The translations under genes and the position numbers were made by a program. This document shows positions 18,741-28,952 of a DNA stretch of 64,000 bases, one piece after another. The DNA lies in assembly GCA_963843845.1 (NCBI GenBank), contig CAWJMB010000002.1:1568001-1632000 (forward strand). Reading direction: 5' to 3'. The notes beneath the pieces are model-generated. The model made no database searches. It worked only from the letters and a program-made list of their open reading frames with translations, and was not told the origin of the DNA. Positions within the stretch are counted from its first letter, which is position 1; each line of letters starts with the position of its first letter. Source of the stretch: an uncultured Gemmatimonadaceae bacterium (GTDB lineage: Bacteria; Gemmatimonadota; Gemmatimonadetes; Gemmatimonadales; Gemmatimonadaceae).

Positions 18741-19664
18741 ATGTCGAAACACATGTCGAAATATAGCCGCATCCGTCTTCCGCTCCTCGCGGTCCTGGCC
18801 GCGGGCGCCGTTGCCGCGACGGCGTGCAGCAAGAGCGACACGGCCGGCGAGGGCGCACTCGCCCAGGACTCGTCGCTGTCGCGCGACCTGGCGCTCGCGC
18901 AGGCGGACAGCACCGCGCAGCCGCAGCTCCAGGACGTGCCAGCGCCGCCCCCGGCTGCCGCCGCTCCCGAGCCCGCCGCCCCGCCGCCGCGCTCGACCAG
19001 CACTCCGGTCCGTACGCGTCCCACGACGCCGCGCCCTCGTCCGACCCCGTCTGCGCCGGCGGCTGAAACGCCGCGCACGACAGCGAGCGGGAACACGGTC
19101 ACGGGAGGCAGCGGCGCAGGGGAGCGCAGTGGCGTCGGCACGATCGCGTCCGGGACGACGCTCTCGCTCGCGAGCAACTCGAAGGTCTGCACGAACACCA
19201 ACCGCGTCGGCGACCGCTTCACGGCGACCGTGACCGACGCCGTGACCGGCTCGAACGGCGCGACGATCCCGGCCGGCGCGACGGCGACCGTCGAGATCAC
19301 GGACCTCGATCGCAGCGAGAACGTGCGCGACAAGATCCAGATGGGCTTCCGCGTCGTCTCGGTCACGTTCGGTGGTCGCAGCTACACCGTCGCCGCGACG
19401 ACCGAGTCGGCCGACGTCTCACGGGTGCGCAACCAGCCGGCGTCGAAGGACCGCCAGAAGGTCATCGGCGGCGCCGTCATCGGCGCCATCGCCGGCCAGG
19501 TCCTCGGCAAGGACACCAAGGGCACGATCATCGGCGCGGCGGCCGGCGCGGCGGCGGGCGCGGGCGCAGCGGCGGCGACGGCCAACTACGAGGGCTGTCT
19601 GAACGACGGCGCGCGCATCTCCATCCGCCTCACGGACGCGACGCAGGTTCGCATCTCGAACTGA
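18741..19664 (+). CDS. lipoprotein with Pro/Ala linker and glycine-zipper C-terminus
   Basis: Lipobox-like ATAC, Pro-rich linker, KVIGGAVIGAIAG...GAAAGAAAG. Confidence 0.75.
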   Translation: MSKHMSKYSRIRLPLLAVLAAGAVAATACSKSDTAGEGALAQDSSLSRDLALAQADSTAQPQLQDVPAPPPAAAAPEPAAPPPRSTSTPVRTRPTTPRPRPTPSAPAAETPRTTASGNTVTGGSGAGERSGVGTIASGTTLSLASNSKVCTNTNRVGDRFTATVTDAVTGSNGATIPAGATATVEITDLDRSENVRDKIQMGFRVVSVTFGGRSYTVAATTESADVSRVRNQPASKDRQKVIGGAVIGAIAGQVLGKDTKGTIIGAAAGAAAGAGAAAATANYEGCLNDGARISIRLTDATQVRISN

Positions 19665-19699
19665 TCACCGGTCCGAGCGCTCACTCCCGAGCTCTCGCC

Positions 19700-19771
19700 C
19701 CCGATCGCACACGAGGGAGCGCGCTGCGAGGACATCGGTCCTCGCAGCGCGCTCCCTCGGTTGCGATCGGG
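19700..19771. terminator. long hairpin between convergent genes (possible bidirectional terminator or REP-like element)
   Basis: 22-bp perfect stem 19712-19733/19738-19759 with loop ATCG, plus outer 10-bp stem 19700-19709/19762-19771. Confidence 0.6.
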
Positions 19772-19788
19772 ACCGCGGAGCGGCGCGA

Positions 19789-21588
19789 TCAGTACCCCGC
19801 CGCTCCGCCGGACCCGCGCGGCTCGAACACGCCTTCCCAGCCGCCGCGCACGCGCATCACCGCGTTGACGTTCACGAGCGAGCCGCGCTCGACGGTGCCG
19901 TGACCCATGCCGCGCAGCATGTCGAGGACCGAGGGCGCGAGGCCGCCCCGCTCGTACTGGATGCTGTCGGGCAGCGCCTGATGGTGCAGGCGGGGCGCGC
20001 GCATCGCGTCGGCGAGCGACATGCGGTGGTCGATCACGTTGAGGATCACCTGCGTGGTGCCCGAGATGATCGTCGGGCCGCCGGCCGCCCCGACCACGAG
20101 CATCACGCGCTCGGCGGAGTCGAGCACGATGGTCGGCGTCATCGACGAGAGTGGGCGCTTCCTCGGCGCGACCTCGTTCTGACTTCCCTCGATCAGGCCG
20201 AAGGCGTTCGGCCGACCCGGCGCCGTCGCGAGGTCGTCCATCTCGTCGTTCATGAAGAAGCCCGCACCGCGCACCCACACCCCAGAGCCGTAGCCGAGGT
20301 TGAGCGTCGTCGTCGTCGAGACGGCGTTCCCCTGTGCGTCGACGACCGAGTAGTGCGTGGTGTGCATGCTGCTCGGCATCGCGGGGCCGACGGGCGTCTT
20401 GGACGCGCGCGCCGGGTCGATCGTCGCGGCGAGGGAGCGCGCGTACGCCTTGCTCGTCAACTGTGCGATCGGCATCTGACAGAAAGCCGGGTCGCAGAGC
20501 TTGCCGTTGCGGTCGATGAACGCCCGCCGTTCGGCCTCGGCGAACAGGTGCGCGTAGGCCGCCGTGCCGAACGTCGGCAGTGTGTCGCGCGTCTCGAGCT
20601 GGTGCAGGATCTCGAATGACGTCGTGCCGCCCGATGAGACGGGAGGCATGCCCAGCACCGTGAAGCCGCGGTACGTGGTGCGCAGCGGCGTGCGCCAGAT
20701 CGGGCGGTACGCCGCGAGGTCGGTCTTCGTCATGATCCCGCCACCGCGCCGCATCTCGGCGACGAGCGAGTCCGCGGTCTCGCCATCGTAGAACTCCCTC
20801 GCACCGTGCTGCGCGATGCGCCGCAGCGTGCGCGCGAGGTCGCGCTGCACGAGCCGCGCGCCGGCGGCGATCGGCTGGCCGTTGACGAAGAACGGCGACG
20901 CAGCGGCATACTGCCGCATCTTCGCGTTGTCGACGGAGCGCCCCACCCCCGCGTCCACGACGTAGCCCTCCTCCGCGAGCCGGATCGCGGGGGCGATGAC
21001 CTTCGAGAGCGGCATGGTGCCGTACTTCGCGAGCGCCTCGGCCATCCCGGCGACCGATCCGGGGACGCCGGAGGCGAGGTGCCCCTGCGTGCTGTTGCCG
21101 GTCGGATTGCCCTGCGCGTCCACGAACATCGTCCGCGTCGCGGCCCCGGGGGCCATCTCGCGGTAGTCGATCGCCACGGCGCGTCCGTCGGCGAGGTGGA
21201 TCACCATGAAGCCGCCGCCCCCGATGTTCCCGGCCTGCGCGTAGGTGACCGCGAGCGCGAAGCCGACCGCGACGGCCGCGTCGACGGCATTGCCGCCCTG
21301 CTGCATGATCTCTCGCCCCGCCTGGCTCGCGAGGTCGCTGTTGCTGACGACCATCGTCCGCGCACCGAACGACGCGCGTTCGCCGGCCGTGAATCGCCAC
21401 CCGTCCGGGAACGATGCGGCGCGGCGCGGCGCGAGCGTCGGCGGGGAGCCGGGGCCGCTGTCGCCGCCGCGCCCGCTGCTGCCCGACGACACGCTGCGGC
21501 AGGCGGCGACGGCGAACGCGACGCCGCCGAGGAGGGTGAGGCCCGCGGTCAGGCGGGGCGGGCGGGCGCGGGAGGAACGAGTCGGCAT
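19789..21588 (-). CDS. ggt: gamma-glutamyltransferase (lipoprotein)
   Basis: GGNAVDAAVA, GNIGGGGF, IDYREMAP, TTHYS autocleavage Thr, RPLSSMTPT. Confidence 0.95.
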   Translation of the reverse strand: MPTRSSRARPPRLTAGLTLLGGVAFAVAACRSVSSGSSGRGGDSGPGSPPTLAPRRAASFPDGWRFTAGERASFGARTMVVSNSDLASQAGREIMQQGGNAVDAAVAVGFALAVTYAQAGNIGGGGFMVIHLADGRAVAIDYREMAPGAATRTMFVDAQGNPTGNSTQGHLASGVPGSVAGMAEALAKYGTMPLSKVIAPAIRLAEEGYVVDAGVGRSVDNAKMRQYAAASPFFVNGQPIAAGARLVQRDLARTLRRIAQHGAREFYDGETADSLVAEMRRGGGIMTKTDLAAYRPIWRTPLRTTYRGFTVLGMPPVSSGGTTSFEILHQLETRDTLPTFGTAAYAHLFAEAERRAFIDRNGKLCDPAFCQMPIAQLTSKAYARSLAATIDPARASKTPVGPAMPSSMHTTHYSVVDAQGNAVSTTTTLNLGYGSGVWVRGAGFFMNDEMDDLATAPGRPNAFGLIEGSQNEVAPRKRPLSSMTPTIVLDSAERVMLVVGAAGGPTIISGTTQVILNVIDHRMSLADAMRAPRLHHQALPDSIQYERGGLAPSVLDMLRGMGHGTVERGSLVNVNAVMRVRGGWEGVFEPRGSGGAAGY

Positions 21589-21877
21589 GGGACGGCGGCG
21601 GTGAGCGGGACGGCCGCGCGCGACGCGTCGCGCGCGTCGTGCGCCGCGTCACTGCGGCGGCCACGCGGCGTGCGGCGGCGGTCGGCGCGGCGGGACGCGC
21701 GCCGTTGCGACGGCGTGGCGCGGCTCGGTAACTTAGCCGCGCGCCGACCGCCCGGACACCGCGGGCCGTCGCCGCTCGTGTGCAGGACGTGTAGCGTGTG
21801 CAGCGCCCCGCGTGCGTGGCACACCGCGTGTGCGGCGTGAGCGACCGCCTCCATCCCCTCACCCCGCCGGTCCCGTC

Positions 21878-22848
21878 TTGGCCTTCGATCCGCGCGTCAC
21901 CGAGCAGCGCAACCCGCGCACCGTCGACATCGATCTCGCGTCGCCCGAGACGATCGTCGACCTGATGAACGCCGAGGACCAGTCGGTGCCGCTCGCCGTG
22001 GCGACGCAGCGCGCCGCGATCGCCGACGCGATCCGCGCCGTCGAGCGCGCGTTCCGCGATGGCGGTCGCCTGTTCTACGTCGGCGCCGGCACCTCCGGCC
22101 GGCTCGGTGTGCTCGACGCGTCCGAATGCCCGCCGACGTTCGGCGTGGACTTCGATCTCGTGCAGGGACTCATCGCCGGCGGCGAGGCCGCGATGTTCCG
22201 GGCGCAGGAGGGCGCCGAGGACAGCGAGGCGCGCGGCGCGGACGACATCGCGGCGCGCGGGGTGACGGCGCGTGACGTGGTCGTCGGCATCGCCGCGTCG
22301 GGCACCACGCCGTACGTGCGCGGCGCGCTCCAGGGCGCCCGAGCGCGTGGCGCGACGACGGTCGTCGTCGCCTGCTCGCCCCCCCCGCGGCGACACTCGC
22401 CGTGTCCGACGTGGCGATCGTGCCGATCACGGGGCCCGAAGTCGTCACCGGCAGCACGCGCCTCAAAGCCGGCACCGCGACGAAGCTCGTGCTGAACATG
22501 ATCACGACCGGGGCGATGATCCGCGTCGGCAAGACGTACGGCAACCTCATGGTCGACCTGAAGGCGACGAACGTGAAGCTCGTCGACCGGAGCGAGCGGA
22601 TCGTGATGGAGGTGACCGGCGCGTCGCGCGACGAGGCGCGGCGCGCGATCGACGCCGCGGGCGGGCGTGTGAAGACGGCGATCGTGATGCAGGCGCTGGG
22701 CGTCGAGCGCGCGGCGGCGGAGCGCGCGCTGCACGAGGCGGGCGGCGTGGTGCGGCGCGTCCTGCCCGGCGCGCCGCCGCCGGTCGTGGACGGAGCGTCA
22801 CCGGCCACGCCCGCCGCCAGCGCGCCCGCCGCGACGAGCGCCGCGTGA
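21878..22848 (+). CDS. murQ: N-acetylmuramic acid 6-phosphate etherase (frameshift near 22380-22400, likely sequencing error)
   Basis: [35 protein letters not shown]; second frame [25 protein letters not shown]. Confidence 0.93.
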
Positions 22849-24046
22849 CGTCGACCGGCGCCGACGTCTTCGTCGGGCTCATGTCCGGCACCTCCGTCGA
22901 CGGCATCGCTGCGGCGGCGGTGCGGTTTCACGAAGGCGCCGACGGACGACTGCGCGCCGAACTGTTAGGCACGTCGCACTCCGCGTACACCGACCGGCAG
23001 CGCGACCGGCTGCATGCGGCGATGGTGTGCGCCACCCCGGACGAGTATTGCCGTCTCGCCTTCGACCTCGGCGACTGGTTCGCCGATGCGGCCACCGCAC
23101 TGCTGCACGAGCAGGGGATCGACCGGTCGGCCGTTCGGGCGATCGCGCCGCACGGCCACACGATCTGGCACGTCCCGAACCACTCGACGTGGCAGCTCGG
23201 CGAGCCGGCCGTGATCGCCGAACGACTCGGCGTCGACGTGGTCGCGAACTTCCGGGTGCGCGACGTGGCGGCGGGGGGGCAGGGAGCGCCGCTCGTCTCG
23301 GCCGCCGACGTGCTGCTGTTCGCGGGCGACCGCTGGCGCGCGCTGCAGAACCTGGGCGGCATCGGCAACGTGACGGTCGTCCCGCCGCACGACACGCGAC
23401 GCGACGATGGCGAATCGTTCGGCACCGAGCAGCCGGTGGCGCGCGCATTCGACACCGGGCCCGGCGTCGCAGTGATCGACGCGGTCGCACGCCGCGTGCG
23501 CCCCGAGCTGCCCTACGACGTCGACGGCCGCCTCGCCGCCGCGGGGGCGCCGGTCGCCTCCGTCGTCGACGAGCTGCTCGCCGCGCCCTACTTCGCGGCG
23601 CCGCCGCCGAAGTCGACGGGACGCGAGCTGTTCACCGCCGCCTACGTCGACGACCTGATCGCGCGCTGCCGCGGCGACGGCACCTGACGTACGCGACGAG
23701 GATCTCGTGGCAACGGCCGTGATGCTCACGGCGCGCTCCGTCGCCGACGCGTACGCGCGGTTCGTGCACGAGCCGGTCGACGACGTGCTGCTGTCCGGGG
23801 GCGGCGCGCGAAATCCGGCGCTCGTCGCCGCGCATCCGCCGTGCCTTCGCGGCACGCGACGCTGCGGTCGACGTGGAGCGTTCGACGAGGTGTTCTTCGA
23901 CGGTGAGGCGAAGGAGGCGGTGGCGTTCGCACTGCTCGCGTGGCTGCACGTGCACGGTCGCGCCGGCAACGTACCGTCGGCGCACCGGCGCGCGCGGCGC
24001 GCGCGTGCTCGGCGAGCTGACTCCGGCGGGCGAGTCGGCCACATGA
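22845..24046 (+). CDS. anmK: anhydro-N-acetylmuramic acid kinase (frameshifted)
   Basis: [60 protein letters not shown]. Confidence 0.92.
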
Positions 24047-25596
24047 GCGACGTCGCGCAGCTGCTCATCCCGTCGCTTCGCGCCGACGCCGACGGCCGAT
24101 TCGCCGCGGCGCGCGACGCAGGCACTCGCCGCGCTGGCGCTCGGCGTCGGCGGATTCGTGCTGGACGGCGGCGACCAGGAGGCGCGTGCGCGTCGTTCAC
24201 GAAGGAGCTGCAGCAGCGGTCGCGCGTGCCGCTGCTCATCGGCGCCGAGCTGGAGCGCGGCGCGGGACAGCAGTTCGTCGGCGCGACCGGGCTGCCGCCG
24301 CTCGCCGCGCTCGCGTGGCTCGGCGACGCGGAGGCGCTGCGCCGCGCCGCGCGGCTGACGGCGCGCGAGGCGCGGACGATGGGCGTGAACTGGAACCTCG
24401 CGCCGGTCCTGCGATCTCGAATCGGCGAGCGCGGACCCGCGACGACGACGTGACGGCTCCGATGGGGCGGGCGACACCGCGTCGTTCGGGACCGATCGCT
24501 CGGCGGCGATCCGGCGACCGTCGCGCGGCTCGCCGGGGAGTGGATCACGGCGTGCCAGGCGGAAGGAGTGCTCGCCTGTGCGAAGCACTTCCCCGGGCGC
24601 GGCCGCGCGCCGCGCGCGGCGCAACGGCGAGCCGTCCGTCGTGCGCGCCGACCGCGACACGCTGCACGCGACCGAGCTCGTGCCGTTCCGCGACCGCGAT
24701 CGACACGAACGTCGCGTCGATGATGACGGCGCACGTCGCGTACCCGGCGCTCGACCCGAGCGCGCTCCCGGCGACGACCTCGCGCGAGCTCCTGCAGTGG
24801 CTGCTCCGCCAGCAGCTGCGCTACGACAACCTCATCGTCGGCGACGCGAGCGAGCTGCGCGCCGCCGGCGGGAGCGGCGGCGCCGGAAGCGAAGGCGGCG
24901 CGAGCGAGGCCGACGCGATCGTGCGAGCGATCGGCGCCGGGTGCGACATCGTGATCGCGCCGATCGACGTTGCGCGAGGTGATCGACGCACTCGACGCCG
25001 CGGTCGCCGACAGGCAGCTCGACCCCGACCGCGTGCGGCAGAGCGTGCGCCGTCGGCTGAAGTGGGCGCAGTGGGCCGCCCCGCCGAACGACTGGCGCCG
25101 CCCGTCCGCCTCCGATGCCGCGTGGGGCGCGCAGCTCTGCGACCGCGCGATCGTCGCGCGCGGAGACGACGCGCGCAGCGTCGCCGCGCGCGCCATGCGC
25201 GACCGCGCGCTCGACGTCGTGACCGTACGGGACGACGCGGCGCTCGCCGAAGGCGGCGCGCCCGTCGAGGCGTTCGTCGAGACGCTGCGCACGGCGGGGC
25301 TCGCGTCGCACCGCGTCGCGTCGGTGCAGGAGGCGGCCGGGCAGCGCGTCGTCGCACTCTGTGTCGCGCCCCCCGCGAGTCCGGAACTGGCGCCCGGGTC
25401 GATCGAGCGACTCGGCGAGCGCGTGGCGGCCGACTGCGGACATGCGGCACGTGCCGGGTACGCGGTCCTCGTGGTGCTGTTCGCGCACGAGCGCCTCCGG
25501 ACGCTCGTGCCGTCCGGCGTCCCGATGCTCTGCGCCTGGACCGGTGACGCGGCGATGCAGCGCGCCGCTGCCCGCTGGATCAGCTCGTCGCGCTAG
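24043..25596 (+). CDS. glycoside hydrolase family 3, NagZ-like (several frameshifts)
   Basis: ELERGAGQQF, AREARTMGVNWNLAPV, KHFPG, MMTAHVAYPALD, AGCDI; follows murQ-anmK. Confidence 0.8.
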
Positions 25597-25633
25597 CCGC
25601 CGAGCGCCCGGCAGCCGTCAGGCGCGCGCGCCG

Positions 25634-26747
25634 TCAGGCGCGCAGTCGCGAGATCAGCCAGAACGCGGCGACGAGCACGGCGGCGGCGATGAGCAGCGCG
25701 TAGTACAAGCGCGCCCGTTCCTTTCGCTGCGCGATGGGCGTCGCCACCGGCGCCGCCACGGCGGCCGGCGCATCGTCCGGCGTCCGCTCCGGCGGCTCGG
25801 CGGCTCGCAGCGACTCCGGCGTGAGACGAGGCTCGTCCACCCCGGCGGCGAGGGGGAAGGCGCGGTGCCCCACGTCATCGCCTTCGACCGGCGGCTCGAG
25901 TCCGTCGCCCTCGAACCGCGCCGCGACGACGGTGATGTTGTCCGGGCCGCCGCGCGCGTTCGCCGATCGCGATCAGTCGCGAGCACAGCGCATCGAGGTC
26001 GGGCGCCTCACTCGCGAGCTGCGCGACCTCCTCGCCGCGCACCTGCCCCGACAGGCCGTCGCTGCACAGCAGCAGCAGGTCGCCGCGGCGAAGCGGCTGG
26101 TGCGTCAGGTCGACCTTGACGATCGCGGCTCCGGGCCGAGCGCCTGCAGGATGATGTTGCGGCGCGCGCTCGTCTCGGCCTGCTCGGGCGTGATCTCCCC
26201 GGCTTCGACGAGCTTCTGCATCAGCGACTGGTCCTTCGTGATCTGCCGCGCCGCGCCGCCGCGCACGAGGTAGGCGCGGCTGTCGCCGACCTGCGCGAGG
26301 TAGAGCGTGTCGCCGCGCAGCGCGGCCGCCGTGACCGTCGTGCCCATGCCGTGCAGCTCGCGTGCGCTGCGCGCGTGCGGTGGATCGCCGCGTTCGCCGC
26401 CAGCGTCGCGTCGCGGAGCGCGGTGGCGAACTGCGGCCGGGTCGTCCGCCGCGTCGGCGAGCGCGGCTCGCGGAGCGTGGTACGCGGCATCGTGTCCACG
26501 GCGAGGTGGCTCGCGACCTCGCCGGCCGCCGCGCCGCCGAGGCCGTCGGCGACCATGAACAGCACGCCGGGTCGGCCGCACGATCGACGCGTCGACGGCG
26601 CGAGCGCTCGCCGCCGGCTCGAACGTCATCGCACGGTCGTCGCGCGAGGTCGGCGACGAGGTAGGCGTCCTCGTTGTGCTCGCGCGTCCGGCCGACGTCG
26701 GTGCGCGCGAAGACGCGCACGACGCACGCCGCGTCGTGGACCGTCAT
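25634..26747 (-). CDS. PP2C-family Ser/Thr phosphatase with C-terminal TM helix (frameshifted)
   Basis: TDVGRTREHNED, VADGLGGAAAGEVAS, GMGTT, VGDSRAY, LLLCSDGL across frames. Confidence 0.88.
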
Positions 26748-26988
26748 CGGGGTCGTCGGCGTGGGCGTGGCACGCCGACGCTCGCGCGCGGCACGAGGGC
26801 CGCGGATCGAAGGCGGAGAGTGACGCGCGGCGAGAGTCATCGGGCGCGAAGATAGGCGCGGCGCCAGGGAGGGTCAATCGGCGGCGCGTGCGTGCGCCGC
26901 ACCTTTCGCGGCACTTCCGACGCCGTTCCGCGCCGCGTCGACCGGCCGCGTCGCGCGCGCGCTCCGCGACGCGCGTTAGCTTGCGGCG

Positions 26989-28952
26989 ATGATCTCGCGC
27001 GCCGCGCGCGCTCGCGCTGCGCGCCTTCGTCGCCGCACTCGCGGCCGCGTGCGCCGGCCGCCGAAGCCCGCCCCGGCGCCGCGCACCGACGGCCCGGCCG
27101 ACCGCCGAACCGGAGCACGTCGGCCTGCCGCCGATCGCCGCGCGTGAGCGGCGGCCCGCTCGCGATCCGCGTCGTGTCTCCCGGCGCGAACCAGTCGCTC
27201 GGCCGGCTCGACTCGACGTTCGTGTTCGGAGTCGGTCGGAAGCGGCGACGCGACGCTCACGATCAACGGCGCGCCGGTTCCGGTCGCCGCGAACGGGGCG
27301 TTCCTCGCCTACGTCGCCGGTGCCGCCGGCGTCGGCGCCGCGCTACGAGCTGGTCGCGGCGCGCGGCGCCGACACGGCGCGCCGCACCATCGCGGTGCGG
27401 ATCGCGGCGCGCCGCGTGCTGCCCGCGGACGGCCGACTCGTCGTCGACACGGCAGCGTCGCGCCGGCCGAGGCGCTGACGCTGCGCGGCGACGAGCCGGT
27501 GCGCGTCACGGTGCCGCGCCCCGCGTGACCGCGCCAGGTCTGGATCACCGGACTCGCCGCGACGTCGCGCGACTCGACGCGCGTCGCCGCTCGTCGACCT
27601 CGCCGCCGCGCGCGGCGCGACGCCGCGCCCGCGGGCGACGACGCGGCCACGACGTGGGTGACCGAGCTGCCGGCGACGGCTGCTCGCCTCGCCGGCGCGG
27701 CGCGCGGCTCGTCGTCGCGCGCGGCGCCGACACGGTGCGGCTCCGCTGTCGCGTCGCGTCACGCTCGCCGGGCGACACGCGTCGGCGCCGACGCGCTCCG
27801 CCCGTCGCGACTTCGTGCAGCTCGGGCGGCACCGGCGCGCGGCCGACACCGACCGCGTGGTCGTCGGCCGCCCGACCCCGGACGGCACGTACCGGTGGTT
27901 CTTCCTTCCGGGCACGATCGTCGAGCGCACCGGCGCGCAGGGCGACGTCCACGCGCGTGCGGCTCGACGGTCGGCTCGAGGTCTGGGTCGACGTCGACCG
28001 ACGTCGTCGCGCTGCCGGCCGGCGCCGCGCCGCCGCGCCGCGTCGGTCGGCTCCGTGCGCGTGGTGCCCGCTCGCGCGAGTGGGTCGACGTCGTGCTTCG
28101 CGCATCGGCGAGCGCCCGCCGTACGAGGTCGTCGAGCGCGGACGCGACGTCGAGCTCGACGCTGTTCGGCACGCAGCTCACGCCCGAGATCCTGCCGCAT
28201 CATCGGCACGGCGACCGACTCGCTCGTGCGGCAGGTCGTGCTGGACGCAGGAGGCGACCGACCGCGTGCGCGCATCACGCTCCGCCTGTCGCGGCGCCGT
28301 ACGGCTACCTCGTGCTGTGGGACGCCGCGCGCGGCACCTTCACGCTGCGCCTGCGGCGCCGCCGCGCGATCGACGCCGCGCGCGCCGCTCGCGCGGGCTC
28401 ACGATCGTCGTCGACGCCGGGCCACCCGCCGGGCGGCGCGACGGGGCCGACCGGGCTCACCGAGCCGGTCGCCGTGCTGCCGGTCGCGGAGCGCGTGCGC
28501 GACCTGCTGCGCGAGCGCGGCGCGACCGTCGTGATGACGCGGACGACCGCCGGAGCCGGTGGCGTTGGGTGACCGCGGCCGATCATCGCCCGCCGCGCGA
28601 ACGCGCACGCGTTCGTGTCGTGCACCTGAACGCGTTTCCGGACGGCGTGAACCCGTTCGCGAACGCACGGCACGAGCACGCTGTTCTTCCACCAGCACTC
28701 CGAGCCGCTCGCGCGCGCGGTGCAGCGCGAGCTGGTGCGCCGCTTCGGCCTCCGCGACCTCGGCGTCCACTACCAGAATCTCGCCGTCGCGCGCCCGCCG
28801 TGGATGCCGGCGGTGCTCACCGAGGGGCTGTTCCTGATGCTCCCCGAGCAGGAGGCGGCGATGCGCTCGCCGCAGGGCCGGGAGCTGTACGCGCGCGGCG
28901 ATCGTCGCCGGGCTCGAGGCGTACTTCCGCGACCTCGCGAATGGCCGCGATG
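26989..28952 (+). CDS. N-acetylmuramoyl-L-alanine amidase (heavily frameshifted; ends approximate)
   Basis: TIVVDAGH-PPGGATGPTG, VVMTRT, HLNAFPDG, NLAVARPPWMPAVLTEG across frames. Confidence 0.8.
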
